A DNA stretch of 64,000 bases, from contig BQFW01000009.1 in assembly GCA_020891255.1 (NCBI GenBank), positions 1,054,001 to 1,118,000 on the forward strand, read 5' to 3'. The notes beneath the pieces were generated by a model. It searched no databases and was not told where the DNA came from. It saw only the letters and a list, made by a program, of their open reading frames with translations. Position 1 is the first letter of the stretch. Every line of letters begins with the position of its first letter. This document shows, one piece after another, positions 22,338 through 36,161 of this stretch. Both the position numbers and the translations under genes were made by a program. This stretch comes from Entomortierella parvispora E1425. Its lineage: Eukaryota > Fungi > Mortierellomycota.

Positions 22338-25225
22338 ATGCCTTCTACAAAGACAAAGAAGGTCAACCGCACCGACAGGCGGCAAACCGAGAAGGAGGAG
22401 CTCGCTCAGCTTGAGGAGAGATGCAAACACCCTGTACGTCCTTCCGTTTTCCTCCCCACCCCCTCGCCTCTTTGTACATTCAACAAACCAAACCATCCTG
22501 CCCGTCACCTTGGGCCACGAATGTATGACAACCAACGGGACTAACCTCTTGAACCTCCGTTCAATACTCGCTTCAATATATAATACTAGATTTTGGGCAC
22601 CGATACCATGCAGCAGTTCGACGAGATGCCAATATCGCAAAAGACCGTTTCAGGACTTAAGCGTGCCAATTTCATCAAGATGACAGATATTCAACGAAAG
22701 GCCCTTCCTCTCGGTCTCTGTGGCAAGGATATCCTTGGAGCAGCCAAGACGGGAAGTGGAAAGACTCTTGCTTTCCTTGTTCCTGTACGTACCCTATATC
22801 AGAATTATTGTTGGTTACAGCGTTTTATTCTATGGACCTGCATTGTTTGGAGAACAACGAGAATCTGACTTTTTTTTTTCTTTCTTGTTCTCTTTATGAT
22901 ATTAGATGATCGAGATGTTGTACCGTCAGAAATGGGGACCTCAGGATGGATTGGGAGCCTTGATCATTTCGCCTACTCGAGAGTTGGCGGTTCAGATTTT
23001 CGAGGTGTTGCGCAAGATTGGTCGGGAACATTCGTTCTCGGCTGGTTTGATCATCGGAGGCAAGGACTGGAAGATTGAGCGCGAGTTGATTACAAAGATG
23101 AACATCTTGGTGTGCACCCCAGGACGTTTGTTGCAACACATGGATCAGTCGGCAGGATTCGACTGTGACAACTTGCAACTCTTGGTCTTGGACGAGGCCG
23201 ATCGTATCTTGGACATGGGTTTCAAAAAGACCATCAACGCTATTGTGGAGAACTTGCCCCGTCAACGCCAGACCATGCTCTTCTCTGCTACGCAGACAAA
23301 GTCCGTCAAGGATTTGGCTCGTCTTAGTTTGAAGGACCCTGAATACGTCGCTGTGCACGAGAAGGCTGAGCATTCGACCCCCAAGAACTTGTCGCAATAC
23401 TACATGGTTGTTCCTCTGGATCAGAAGCTGGATGTCATGTTCAACTTTATCAAGACACATTTGACCTCCAAGGCCATCGTATTCTTGTCCAGTTGTAAAC
23501 AGGTATACAAAATTGGATCTACTGTTTGGTTGAGTTATAAGATCCGTGGTTCTTTTGTTCTAATTTTTTTTTTAATATTGTAATATCGGTAGGTTCGATT
23601 TGTGTTTGAGACTTTCTGCAAACTGCACCCTGGTGTGCCTCTTTTGGAACTTCATGGAAAGCAAAAGCAGCAGAAGCGTGCAGAGACATACGCCAAGTTT
23701 GCAGCCCAAAAGGCCGCCTACTTGTTCTGTACCGATATCGCCGCCCGTGGATTGGATTTCGCTGCTGTGAACTGGGTCATTCAGTTGGACTGCCCTGAGG
23801 ACCCTGAGACTTATATCCATCGTGTCGGTCGTACGGCCCGTTATGAGGCCAGTGGACAGGCCATGTTGATGCTTTGCCCCAGTGAAGAGGCTGGTATGGT
23901 CTCTGGATTGGAGAAGGCCAAGGTACCGATTCAGGAGGTTAAGCTGAAGCAGGATGCCAAGGACCACAAGGAACCTATCCAGAAACAGATGCAGCGACTT
24001 TGCTTCAACGATCCCGAGATCAAATATTTGGGACAGAAGGCCTTTATCTCTTACATGCGCTCGGTGTACTTGCAAAAGGACAAGGTCACGTTCGATGTGA
24101 ATGCCTTGCCTGCCGAGACTTTTGCATCCTCTTTGGGTCTTCCTGGAGCACCCAAGATTAAGTTTGTGGAGAAGAAGAACAAGGAGAAGAATGCTGTGCG
24201 GGGCAACCAAAAGAAGACCGAGAGCGATGTCTCTGATGAGGAGGATGCTCAAGATGAAGAGGAAGAGGAGAAGAGCAAGGTCAAGGCTTTGGATGCCAAG
24301 AAGAAGAAGAGCAAGAAGGAGGTCGTGCCCGAGGCCGAGGAGGAGGAGAGCAAGGATGGCAAGCAGGCCAAATCCAAGATTGAAAAGATGTTCAACCGCA
24401 AGAACCAGGGTGTTTTGGCGGAGCATTATACCAAGCTGGTCGACCACGAGAGCGACAGCAAGGACAAGAAATTGTCCACAGGAGAGGACTCTGACGAGGA
24501 GTTTATGACAATCAAGCGTGTGAACCACGACTTGGGAGGCGACGAGATCCCAGAGGGCACCATCTTGCCAATCTCGAAGCGTCAGCAGCGCATGTCCAAG
24601 CTGGAGAAGACCAAGAACGTGGGTCAGGGAGAGAAGTTGCTCTTTGACGATGAGGGTCGCGCTCACGAGATGTACGAACTTGAGGACGAGGCTTCGTTCC
24701 ATGCCAAGGGCGATGCCAAGAGCCAGCAGCAGCAGTTCTTGGAGAAGGAGAAGAAGGTCATGGATCGCGCTGATGTCGATGACAAGGCACTGTCCAAGGA
24801 GAAGTTGCGGGAGAAGAAGGCCAAGAGGAAGCAGCGCGAGAAGGAGGAGATGGATGTAAGTTACAGGACACTCTGCTCGTTGCCTGCCGTTCCCTCTTCT
24901 TGAAGTGAATATTCGTATTGACCATGGTTTTTTTCCTTTCTTCCAATAGGGATACTCTGATTCTGAGGACGAGGAGATGGTTGTCACACTCGGCAACCCT
25001 GACGAGTCTGGAGACGATTACTCTATGGATGATGGTCAGGGCAGTGAGAGCGAAGGCGACTCTGGCGAAGACGAAGAGTCCAAGAAGCGTGGTTGGTGGC
25101 AGGACAAGGCGGATGCGGACGAAAAGGCAGCAGAGTCCAAGAAGAGACGCAAGATTGTGGAAGTGGACGAACCCCAGACCTTGGCAGAACAGGAAGCTCT
25201 TGCTCTCAAGCTCTTGGGATTGTAG
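22338..25225 (+). CDS. DBP4: DEAD-box rRNA-processing helicase Dbp4/DDX10, multi-exon
   Basis: [68 protein letters not shown], and terminal [14 protein letters not shown]. Confidence 0.93.
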
Positions 25226-25414
25226 AAACGTTCTTTTCTTTTTCTCGCTTTGTGTGTTTGTTTCTTTTTGTTGGCATCCTCCTTTTTTTTCCTTTTTACT
25301 ATTTCATTTTGCATCTTCCTTCTCATTCATCTGCATTTTTAGTCCTGTTTTCTTTATCCTGTCAAACGACACAAAACACAAAACAAAACAAATAATAGAG
25401 AAAAAAAATATATA

Positions 25415-28400
25415 TTACAATCGTATCTCAGGGTCAGTATCGTCTACGACGATACGGGCCGTCGATGAACTAGGAGAAGATGCCAAGGATGATACCAAAG
25501 ATGAAAGGGACGAAGAGGCCGAGGCCAACTCTGTCTCGATTTCCATCATGGTGGCTGTGAAGGGACCTTTGAATGGAGTCGAACCTGACCCTCCTGCACC
25601 GTCCGAAAGAGATCGATCCAATCGTGGGGCCGAGGAAGCCGAAGAGGCAGAGGCGGCCGCAAACGTATCGCGAGGCGCACCCATATTAGAAGGCAGAGTC
25701 GGTGTTGATGTCGGCAGATGCGACTGTTGTGGATGTTGCATAGGTTGGCTGGAAGAAGCTGGAGAAGACGGTGGCAAACGGAAACCCCTGACCACCAATT
25801 CTCGGACCTTATTCAGGAACGACTTTGCTGCATTCTCGTCCACAAAGATATGGTGATTCAGAGACTGCAGCAACTTGTCCAGTCGGGTGGTCGTCCCCCC
25901 TCGGCGCAATGGCTTGGAAAGATCGACGCGATGTTCATAGGTTCGATAGTACCGCACCAGATCCGAAATCTGCTGAAAGAGCGAGACCGATAGTTCGTTC
26001 GTCCTCGTGATCTCACGATCATACCCAAACGGCAGCCGGCAGTTCAGTCGATCGTCGAATTGTTCAGACACGGACAAGAACTGGAACTTTGACAAAAAGG
26101 ACAGGTTCCTTGGGTCGAACGGGGATACAATCACGCCTACAAACGGTTCCACCCCCAATTCGTGTCGTCGAAACATGGCCTGGTGATCCGATTGATTCTC
26201 AATATCGCGAATGCTGGGGTTGGGCTCAAACGTTGGATGAGAGTGGTACCAGCCCACGACCACAAATCCTTTGGACGAAAAGAATGAACGAGCCTCCACA
26301 TCCGACTCGGGATCCATCTCGCATTGTAGACCTGTACTGATACTCCTGCAAGGAAAAACTCCCAAGATAAACAGAATGCGTTCATCTTCATCGTAAAGCC
26401 CTCCCAGAAGACCAATGACCTCTGTTTCAGCCAGATGCGAGTGAAAATCCATGATGAGCTATGAAGGTCGACAAAGGACTGGTCAGTTCTCATGTCAATA
26501 GCAGAGCAATTGGGGCATTTACAAAACAGAGCCTACCATGGCGTCGGAAGAAACCTTGACCCGAAAGGGTGCTGTGTTCTGCTGATTGTACTTGCGCAAA
26601 GGAATGAGTCGAAAAGGGTCATAGCCAGTCCCAGCCTCAAGCTCTCCTCCACCATCATCAAATTCATACTCGTGGAACCCTCGAGTCTCTCTTAAAAGAT
26701 GCTGGGCTCTCTTATGTTTGGGAACGCGTGTGTTCACAGGCAACACCTCGGATGCAGCAAAATATTTCGCATTCTGCGCCGTAAGTCTTTCCTGCTCGTA
26801 CTCTTCTTCCATCTCTTCCTTGGTCATTCCGTGTCGCTCAAAGAATGCAGTATCGTCTAATAGCCGAAGGTCGTCGTCGAGATTACTGCTCCTCTTTGAA
26901 GAATATGGAGAGTCCTTTTTGCTATGTACATTGTGCTCGATTACTCGACCTTCCAGTTCTCTCTCATCAACCCTATAGCCGTTGCAGCAAAATAAACAAG
27001 TTAAATTACATCATCCTAGCATTCTGGCAACAATGGCAACACACAAGACCTAGATGACTTACCACTCTCCTTTCTCATTTCGAACTCGTCGTCGTCGGAA
27101 TGGCATATTCACCCTTCCAGATGCCATATCATCAAAGTCTGCCTGAGAGAATGACTGTGTTCTATGCTTTGGAGCCGAAGAAGAGGAAGAGGACGACCAA
27201 CCACCTTCCTCTGAATGCCCACGTCGTTTGGAAGAGTTGTTTCCTCCATTCCTGGGTCTCGCAAGGGATGCACCAGGCGAGGAGGCTGTCATGCCAACAT
27301 TAATGGCTCCGATGGACTCGAGCCAAGAATGGACTCTTCCAATGGCATTAACGTCGCCACAATCCTTAAGGCTGGATCGGACACTGGTCTTTGTCAGGTA
27401 CGTTGTCGGTGACTTTTCCCAGGCTTGCAGGATGGTGTTTCGAATTCGTTGGTATCGCTCTGGCGTTTTGCTAGCCTTGTTACAGAAGAACTCTGTATGA
27501 ACCGTTTTTTCCTCTTCAGTGATTATCGATTTGTCCAATATCCTGGGGCCTGTGGGCGATCCACTGGGGGGTATCGAAGGACTGGCCGACAAAGCCCGGT
27601 CCTGAGAAGGGATGACGGTTGGTTGAGGTTGAAAGGATACTGAATGGGTTGCCGCGGCTACAGCGGACGGCTTAGGCCGAGGCCTTTGGGCTTTCTTGGC
27701 CGCTAGAGAACCTGCTGCCGGATGCAGTGACCGTTTGATCCCAGTTCCAAGTGACCCCTCCTCCTCGCCATCGTCCTCTTCACTATCCTGACTCTGAGGA
27801 GATGTTCCCTCTTGGCGTTTTCCTGAAAATCCGTCATAGGCTGTTTTCCCGCCTTGTGACGGGTTGATCTGCCTAATCGAGGGTGTTTGCCTGTTAATAG
27901 AGGATGTCAACCGTTGGACAGGTAATCGAGCTCCTGACAGATTCGTGGCAACAGGATGAGAGTGTTGATAGAGAGGGTTCGACAATGGTGATGGCGCTAG
28001 GGGTAATCCTGTATAGGCGGCAGCAACTTCAAAGCCTCCATCTTCAGATGAAATTTCATCGTACGAGTTCAAGTCTGGCTGAAGTTCAGCTACATGAACT
28101 GCACCAAAGGAGACAGTCCTTCGCTCTTTTGGAGAATTCGCGATCTTGTCCATAGACATATGTCGGGATGAAGTTGCATCTCCCTTTTGAAGTTGTTGCT
28201 GTTGTTGTAGATAGTTGGCATCCTTCAGCGAGGGCTTGTAGCTCCCACCGGTACCAACGCTGTTGATGCTACTACTACTCGTATTGAAATTGGTGTTGAC
28301 GTAAAGATCGCTTGATGATCCATGTGTATCTGAGAGGGCTGGTGACGAGCCTACAGATCGTTTTTGTGCCTGACCCGATTCCAGAGTTTCCTCTTCATCG

Positions 28401-30055
28401 TCCATGTCCTCAAGCTCCCGATCGCTGTCGCTGTCAAACTCGCTCGACATTCGCGATCGAGTGGACGAGTTTGAAAATGGTGAGATTGACCTTGATTTAG
28501 TACTGGAGACAAACGGCGGTAGATTTCTTGCGAGGTTCAGTCTAGCGGCCGCGTCGTCGTCTGTGCTATCGATGTCGATATCAATGTCCTCATCGACATC
28601 CATGCTTGAATTACGCCCACGGGATACAGATCCAGACGTTGCAAACGAGGTTGCTGGAGATGATGCATACACTGGACGTAATCCAGGACTAGGTGTCCCA
28701 AGCCCAACAGATCCAGACCTTGATACTGATCTGTCGTCGTCATTATCCGTATCGTATCCGCTCTAATTGATAACAAGTATGGATTAGATGATTAGAATTT
28801 CGGCCTGGCTGGTAATAACCTACCAGGTCTCTCTCCATGGTAAATAATGAAAACTTACTGTCGCTCCGAATTCTGATCCCGTAAAGTCGTCGTTGCCAGA
28901 TTCTGAAGTGACACTCCTAGCCCTATGTCGGCTTCGTACAAAGGATTCGTATCCGCTCTCGACCCCAGCTCCAACGCTGGCATCAATTCGCTTGACCTTT
29001 TTGCTTCGCGGTTGTCGCCGTCTCCTGTCTCTGCCTTCTTCCATGTCCTCTTCCGCGGAATTTGCGGCGGATGATCTTCTATCAAGACCTTCGCCATCAC
29101 TGGTATTGGTTGACATGTCATGTGGGATTCGGTCCGAGACGGACAAGTGTCGAGCATGGTTTTTGACCTGAAGCGGGTTTCTTGTTCCAACTACAGCAGC
29201 GATCGCCTTCCAGTTCCCATATCCATGGCGAAGAATACCCTCTCTTAGCCTGTCATCCTCCTCTGGTGTCCAGCGAGTATTGTGAGAGGGGAGATCGGCC
29301 GAGGAAAGCTTGGCATTGAGTCGCGAGTCCTCGCTGGCGCTCCTTTTTGTCCTGATGGAACTATCGTCCGAGTTTTTCCTCTTTTTTGAGTCGTGTTTGC
29401 TCTTCATCGACGATTTTGAGATGTTTCTGGTCCAAGACGCAGCTGCAGACTGATGTTCTCCCAGGGGTGCAGAGCGACCATTGTTCGCGTAAAAAGCCTC
29501 CTCGGCCAACATACTCTCGATCATCTTGCGAGACTTTTCGTCCATGTCTGCGGCTGCCACCTGAGCCTGGTACTGTACATGAAAGTGTGTCCATTGATCA
29601 GCCATAGAAAAGAATGCAGTTCACCAATGAGGGCGTTTCTTAATAGACTTACATCCTGGCTGATCCAGTCTGGGATCACAAAGTCGTCTACTGGATGGAT
29701 GTCGGTTCTACGGTCAACGAAATGAGAAAAGTCAAGTCTGTTAGTCAACCGCTATGCCATTGAATGGCATTGACATGCATTCATTTTATGAAAAATAGTC
29801 GACATGGACAACATACTCCATGCTGCCTTGCCTAGCAGCCTGGCTGGGGGTTGAATGACGGTCGGATCCTGGGTCTGCAGTTGTGCGAGGGGTACTGTGT
29901 GGGGATCTTGCTTCGATCCTGCTGGGTAGGATGGTAGCGTGGTCAGACGAGGACAATGACAAGGGAGTGGGTTGCTGGTGCGCAGACTGCTGGTCGCCGT
30001 CGCTGTCAATGTCAATGTCAATGTCAATGTCGACGTCGGCATCCTCCTCAGCCAT
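25415..30055 (-). CDS. MYSM1: MYSM1-like deubiquitinase (SANT/Myb + SWIRM + MPN+/JAMM), multi-exon
   Basis: Start [13 protein letters not shown]; [14 protein letters not shown]; [30 protein letters not shown]; [19 protein letters not shown]...[21 protein letters not shown]; YDPFRLIP; [11 protein letters not shown]...[17 protein letters not shown]. Confidence 0.88.
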
Positions 30056-31871
30056 CCTGAAGGTCCTTGTCCGTCCTTTTCAGACAGAGATATGCGGTGT
30101 CGGGGGGTTAACAGAGGATGGTAATGTCCGGAGAAAGAAGGAGGCGATCTAATCAATCACGACGCGCTTGATTGAATGAGAAGTGCTTCCTGTCCCGTGG
30201 TGCGATGACGATAATGAGGGTAATGAGGGAGATGGAGAGATCAAGAGATCAAGAGAGACGGAGAGGCAGGGTCGGCCAGAAGAGTGAGCAGACAGACCGA
30301 CAGAGAGAAGGGATGGATGAATGAGTGAATACGAATGAATGGGGCACATGGATCGATGAATGTCCCACAGAACAAAGCACGCAAAGCAACGCAACGCAAA
30401 AAGCAAAGCGGCCCATCAAACACACGCACCCACAGCGCGCGGAAAGGCTGTCCCCATCAAGCACGCTATATCGCTGTGTGAGGTGAGCCAAAAGAGGAAG
30501 CACGAAATTGGTGGCGAAATTCTTTCTGTCTGGTCTCGTTTCGTGCTTTTCTTTTTGTCGATCCTCAGGATAGATGATAGATCCCTGCATGCATGGAGAC
30601 GCATGCCCTCCCTCTTCGTGAAGAGCAAGCTGGCCTAATGGTCCGGTGACGTCGTGTCGAGCTGCCTGCCGTGGGTTGTGGGTCGCTGGTGGGTGAACAA
30701 TCAAGGGTCAATTGACCCCGTCAGTGTGCCCTGTTTGTCTGTATGTTGTCTGCCCTCTTGACCCAATGGACACCCAAAAGTCGACATATCGGGTCAGATC
30801 ACCATCTCCTTTTTCGGCGAACCTCACCTGTCAAATTCGCAGTCTAGATACACGTCGATCGTTGTGTGGGTTGAGTCGACTTTTGAGGGCTCGTCATCAA
30901 TCGGCGGAACCATTTCTCCTGCTGGACTCCTTTCAGAGTCTGGTCTTGATACCGAGAACAGAGCAAGGCAAGGAAGGCGCACTCGGCAGCACTGATTAAC
31001 CAACTCCACCGAACGAGAGAAATGATCTCCCCTCTGTGCTGCACAGTTGCATGCACGGTTAATCTTAATGTGCTAGGCGGGAAAGACACGTTGACATAGT
31101 CTCTTTTTTTTTTTTTTTTTTTTTTTTGTTGGACCGATGAAGGGGTAAAAGGCGCAGGTCGTTCATTTGCCATATATTCTTATCGTTTATAAGCATAGTC
31201 TTGGGGTAACACGACCTCACCTCTTGAAACTGGGCTACTAAAGTTCATGGGTGGATACCCAGAAACGAACCAGTCAGCAGAAGCGAGGACAAATGTCGCA
31301 ATACTGTCGCATCTGCCCACAGACCCTCAAAACCGCTTTGTTGGATCTCCCAGTCCCTTTGGGGACGGCGGCAAAGGAAAGCAGGGGGCTGCGCACAGAC
31401 TGGGATGGCTGGAGTGAATGGACAATTGGACGAGCCAAAAAGTCCGCCGTGTTTATTGTCCAGGTTGTGGACAAGAAAAGAAAGAAGGAGAGAGACGGAC
31501 AGGCGGACGTGTCGACTTCAGGATAGTCCTTTTCTTTCTTTCCGAAATGGTTCCGCAGTTTTCTCTTTTTTTCGAGGCGGGTTTTTGTTTCCTTTCCCGC
31601 ACTCTTTCCGTACGCAATTGCACAGTGCGCGGTTTGTTGTTGGTCTACCTGTGTTTGTATTCGTGGCCCTTTCTTCCGATCACAGAAGCACCGTTATTTC
31701 CCTGAGTAACGCATCGACTCGGAACTGATCCAGGGCACAGTCTCCATGTAAAATACTCTATCCACAGATAGTCCCCTGTGCCCGGGACACGCAATTCGCT
31801 CATGTCTTCCTCTTGGCAGTGGTGGCACGTCCAAAAGTCAAAATAAGGTCATTTTGTTGATCTTCCCCAGA

Positions 31872-31879
31872 TATAAAAA
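31872..31879 (+). promoter_or_regulatory. TATA box of MFS1
   Basis: TATAAAAA about 100 bp upstream of ATG 31975. Confidence 0.55.
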
Positions 31880-31974
31880 GGCCGCCTCAGTCCCCCGTTT
31901 CATTCATTCACTTATCGTAAACCTCCTCAGACCCCTGAAAGCCTACATATAGCTCTCATCAATCAAAGCAGACC

Positions 31975-34124
31975 ATGGAAGATATAGTCACCAAACCCCA
32001 ACGTACCTTTCTTCAAAGCCTCAAGGAGAATAAGGGCCTCCTCCTGGCGATCGTCTCTTTCGCTCAGATGCTTGACATCATCAACGTTGCTAGTGTCACC
32101 ATTGTTCTACCAAAAGTAATGGTAGACGTTGGATACAAGGTTGATCAGCTCCAATGGTAACAAAAAAAGTCAGGGTTGCTCCATTCGCTCCATCCCACAG
32201 TGCACCCTCTCTCTGCCCTTGGCTTTGCTTCACTTTCTTGATACTCAACAGTCATATTTCCTCGTTTCCTACATGTATACATTCAGGGTCTCATCCGCTT
32301 ATTCCCTCGCCTATGGCGCCTTCCTCTTGTTGGGAGGTCGTCTCGGAGACCTGTTCGGACACCGCAACATCTACATCCTGGGTGTCACCTGGTTCTCGAT
32401 CTGGTCTATTGTCAATGGATTCTCTCATTCCCCTGTCATGCTGTCGATCAGTCGCGCTCTTCAAGGCATGGGTGCTGGCTTCACCGTCCCTAGTGCCCTT
32501 GCCATCTTGACTACTACCTACCCTGTCGGACCCGAAAGAACACGCGCGCTCAGGTACAACCGAAATAATCTCGCAAGAAATTTTCGACTACGCACAATTT
32601 TTTTCGACCATCTGACAAATATTCTACACCTCTTTTCCTTCACCAACATCGCCCTTTTCACCATGTACATTGGTTCCTCGTCATGTGGGCAGCATCTTCG
32701 GCGGCACGGGGGCCGTTGGCTCAGTCGTGGGCGTTCTCATGGGCGGTATCCTCGGATCGACAATTGGTAAGAGGTCAACCAGCGATTTTTTTTTTTTTTT
32801 TTGTTGCCGAAATTTTCTCGACTTTCCTCACTTCCCCTTCTTTCTTTTGTTCAATCCGTTCTAATTTTTGCCTCCCGTCTTCTTTGAATTGGGTACTAGG
32901 TTGGAGATGGCTCTTTTACATCACTGGTATTATCGGCTCCAGCCTTGTCATTGCTGGCTTCCTCGTCATCCCTGCGGACCAGTCACAAGGAAAAGTGGAA
33001 GATCGACGTATCGATTTTATAGGGCTCACATTTTTCTCTGCGGGCATCGTCACGATCATCTATTACCTAAGTGAAGGACCAGCTTCAGGTTGGGCTGTAG
33101 CCAAGACCCTGACACCCCTCATCGTCGGCCTCGTCCTTTTGGTGGCGTTCGTTGTCGTCGAGTACAAGATCGACTATCCCATCATGCCCCTTCATATCTG
33201 GCGATCCCGTCGTCTCGTCGGAGCCTGTGCAACCGCACTAGTAATGATGGCGGCCATGAATGCTCATTTCTACTTCACCTCTTTGGCTTTCCAAAACGTC
33301 TTGGGATATTCTCCTCTTCGTACCTCCTTGGCGTTCATTGTCCATGGTGTTGGCGCCATCATTGGCGTCGGCATCCTGTCTGTAGTGGTGAACAAGGTCC
33401 GAACCAAGATCATCATCATTGTCGGTTGGTTGTTTCTGATCGCTTCCGGTGTCCTCTGGGCCCAGCTCAAGGCCGGCAACTCATACTGGTCCGTGCCATT
33501 CCCAGCCCTTATCTTGAACCTGATCGCCATGGTCTGTATCTGGCTTTGTTGCCAGATCAACTCGGTGGCAGATGCTGCAGATGAGGACCAAGGTGTCGTC
33601 GGTGCAGGTGAGATGGATGAACTCATTGAGGAGCAATTGCGCGTGGTTATCACCTTCTTTGCGTGCAATAGTTAACACGGCATGTTCTTCCACTTTTGTT
33701 TTGTCTTTCTTTCTCAAAAGTTTACAACACTTGCCTTCAAGTGGGAGCCCCCATTGGCATCGCCATTTCCAACATTGTCGCCAATGACAAGAACTCGCCT
33801 ACAGCCGTAGGTGCTCAATTGTTGCCTGGTTACCGTGATGCCTTTTACTCGTACGTTGTCCTCGCTGCCGTCGGATTGGTCGTGACCCTCATTGTGAATC
33901 CCAACAACGATTCTTTCAAGAAAGGAAAACAGCCGGATATCGAGCAAAAGATCGAAGAGGAGGATGACGCCACCGAGATCAGAGTTCCTGCTCCTTTGAA
34001 CAATGACAAGGAGGAGATTCAAGAGAGTAACATTTATGAGCAGACATCGAGCAAAACAATCGATTCCGCCCCCGCGACGGTCTTTGAGGGATCAAGTGCC
34101 TCCCTGGAGAAGCCAATTCATTAG
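31975..34124 (+). CDS. MFS1: DHA2-type (14-TMS) MFS drug/metabolite efflux transporter, 5 exons
   Basis: SFAQMLDIINVASVTIVLP, motif A GGRLGDLFGHR, SRALQGMGAGFTVPSALAIL, GWRWLFYI, PIMPLHIW, ADEDQGVVGA|VYNTCLQVGAPIGIAI; introns 32157-32286, 32554-32692, 32767-32899, 33608-33720. Confidence 0.92.
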
Positions 34125-34270
34125 AGAAGGAAGGGTGCTTTTCGCCTTTTTTTTTTTTTTTACATCTAAATAATAATTCCAGGTGCTCATTTAACATTTT
34201 TTTGTGTCTATTTTGTCGGATATTTCATGAGCAACTTCAAAAGAATAAAGCTTTTGGCACTTCTACAGCA

Positions 34271-36161
34271 CTACACTGCAGAAGCAGCGGCAGCTGCACA
34301 TTCTCGTTTGTAGCGCTCCGACTCCTTTTGTGGAAGGACTTCAATGGTACCGCGCTTTGGTGCTTTAGGCAAGAATGTCGCCTGAGGTCGATAATTACTT
34401 CCGCGGAGACTGGACCTTTGCTTGATAGAATCGGGTATGAGATTGAAAACAGACCATCTCAGGCATCTCTCGACGAATGTCTATCCGATTAGATGAAAAA
34501 AGGGTCCTTTGTTGAGGAGATGCTGTTCTAATTTGGAAAAGAGAATCTCCTTGCTCAGGAAAGCTGGATCATCAAACTCACCTGTCCGTAAATAATCTTT
34601 GCATTGAAATGACTAAGGTCATACTGCTCCTTGACATGCTGCGCAAGATAAAGCAAGCATACAGGGTTGTTAGTCTCGCCGTGTTACATTTCTAACCTTT
34701 TTTCCCCTGTCCAACATAGAGTTGATTGGTAAAATAGATTACCGAAAAACGTTGCGCCTTAAAGTCACTCAAAGCAAAGTCGATAGCCGCTGGTGAGAGG
34801 GAGGTGAGTTCATAAAGGCAACTACTCAAAATAATGGCATCTTGCAAGGCGTTGACAGCACCCTGGCCTGCGCTGGGAAGCAACTTGTGCGCAGCTACCC
34901 AAGCCAACAAAAAAAAAAAAAAAAAAAAAAAAAAAACGTCCGCCAATTAGTTCATGGTCTAGAACAATGTTTCCATCCTGTCTTAGCCGAAGAAAGTTTT
35001 ACCATCTCCAATAAGGACAGTGCGGCCATGATTCCAAGTTTGAAAAAGCTTGTCGTCAAAATAGGTCCTGGAGATGGTGTCCTGTGGCGTCAGATTGATT
35101 AGGTCTCCCAGAGTCATGTTGCCGTACGGCACTTTGAAGTCTTTTACATCCTCAATCATGGCACCATTGACTTTGGGGCCCCATTCTACATTTCTAAACT
35201 TTTCCTTGTCAGATTGCTCTTGTGAGGACAATTGAGCAACCACAATCCAAGCAATTCGATTGTCGCGAAGGTTGAAAACACTCCAAGTGTACTGAGTCCC
35301 TTGCCCGATGATAGAATATTGAACAGACTCGTCGTTTTCGGCGTACGGATGCACCTTAGGATCCAAAGGCTCTGTCATGCCCAAGAGACTGACGTAACCT
35401 CTACTGATCTGTTGTGCATCCTGAGCCGGGAGAATATTTTGTTCCCGCATAGACTTGTACAGTGACTCACGGACTTTGCTGTAAGCACCGTCTGCTCCCA
35501 CAAGAATATGACCCTTATGAGAGGAGCCGTCCGCACAATGGATCGTGACGCCCTCGCTGTCCTGTTCCGTGGAGATGACCTTGACACCATAGTGGATACG
35601 CTCGACAGGAACTCTAGAAAGAAGCAAGTCGTAAAGCTTGGGTCTTGCAAAGAGCATGAACTCGTACCCCATCCTAATGAGTCGGTAGTCCAAGGACAAC
35701 AGTTGATCATTAGTCAGGAGCCCACTGAATGACATGCCATGGTCTCTTTGTTTTCAATCAGCATACTCCTCGCGAACGGCGTCGGTGCGGAATTTGGCTA
35801 TGATCTCCATGTTTCCATTCATGACATTGCCAGACTTTCCTGGGAGTGCAATCTTCATAAAGTCCTCGTACAGGCCTGTTTGCTCCAGAGCTGGCAGGAT
35901 ATTGGCGTTCAAGCTCATTAGCGATCCTAGAAAAACAAAAAAAAAAAAAAAAAAAAAAAGTGAGTAAAAAAAAAATGGAATTAGGACGCCTTGGCCAAGA
36001 GACAGCCATCTTTTACCGATCGGCTTGACGGAGGCTGCACGCTCATAGATATCATATGGGATTCCAGCTTTGTCCAAGAGGATAGAAAGAAAGAGGCCGG
36101 CGATGCCTGCACCGACTATGAGAACCTTTGGTGGACTGAAAGGAGTCTGGTCAACAGTCAT
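34271..36161 (-). CDS. M1: group A FAD-dependent monooxygenase (FAD_binding_3 type)
   Basis: VLIVGAGIAG, ARPKLYDLL, ILVGADGAYS (DG motif), VLIGD|AAHKLLPSAGQGAVNALQDA (GD motif), C-terminal YRPQATFLP...PQK; all exons could be joined in frame. Confidence 0.9.

Noticed and set aside
23572-24996. 474-aa minus-strand Leu-rich ORF
   Set aside because: Antisense shadow of the Lys/Glu-rich DBP4 coding region.
34907-34936. Long A/T homopolymers here and at ~31102, 35936, 40938, 55656 and 58537
   Set aside because: They occur in introns and intergenic DNA throughout; no TSDs or retroelement bodies, so treated as ordinary mononucleotide tracts.
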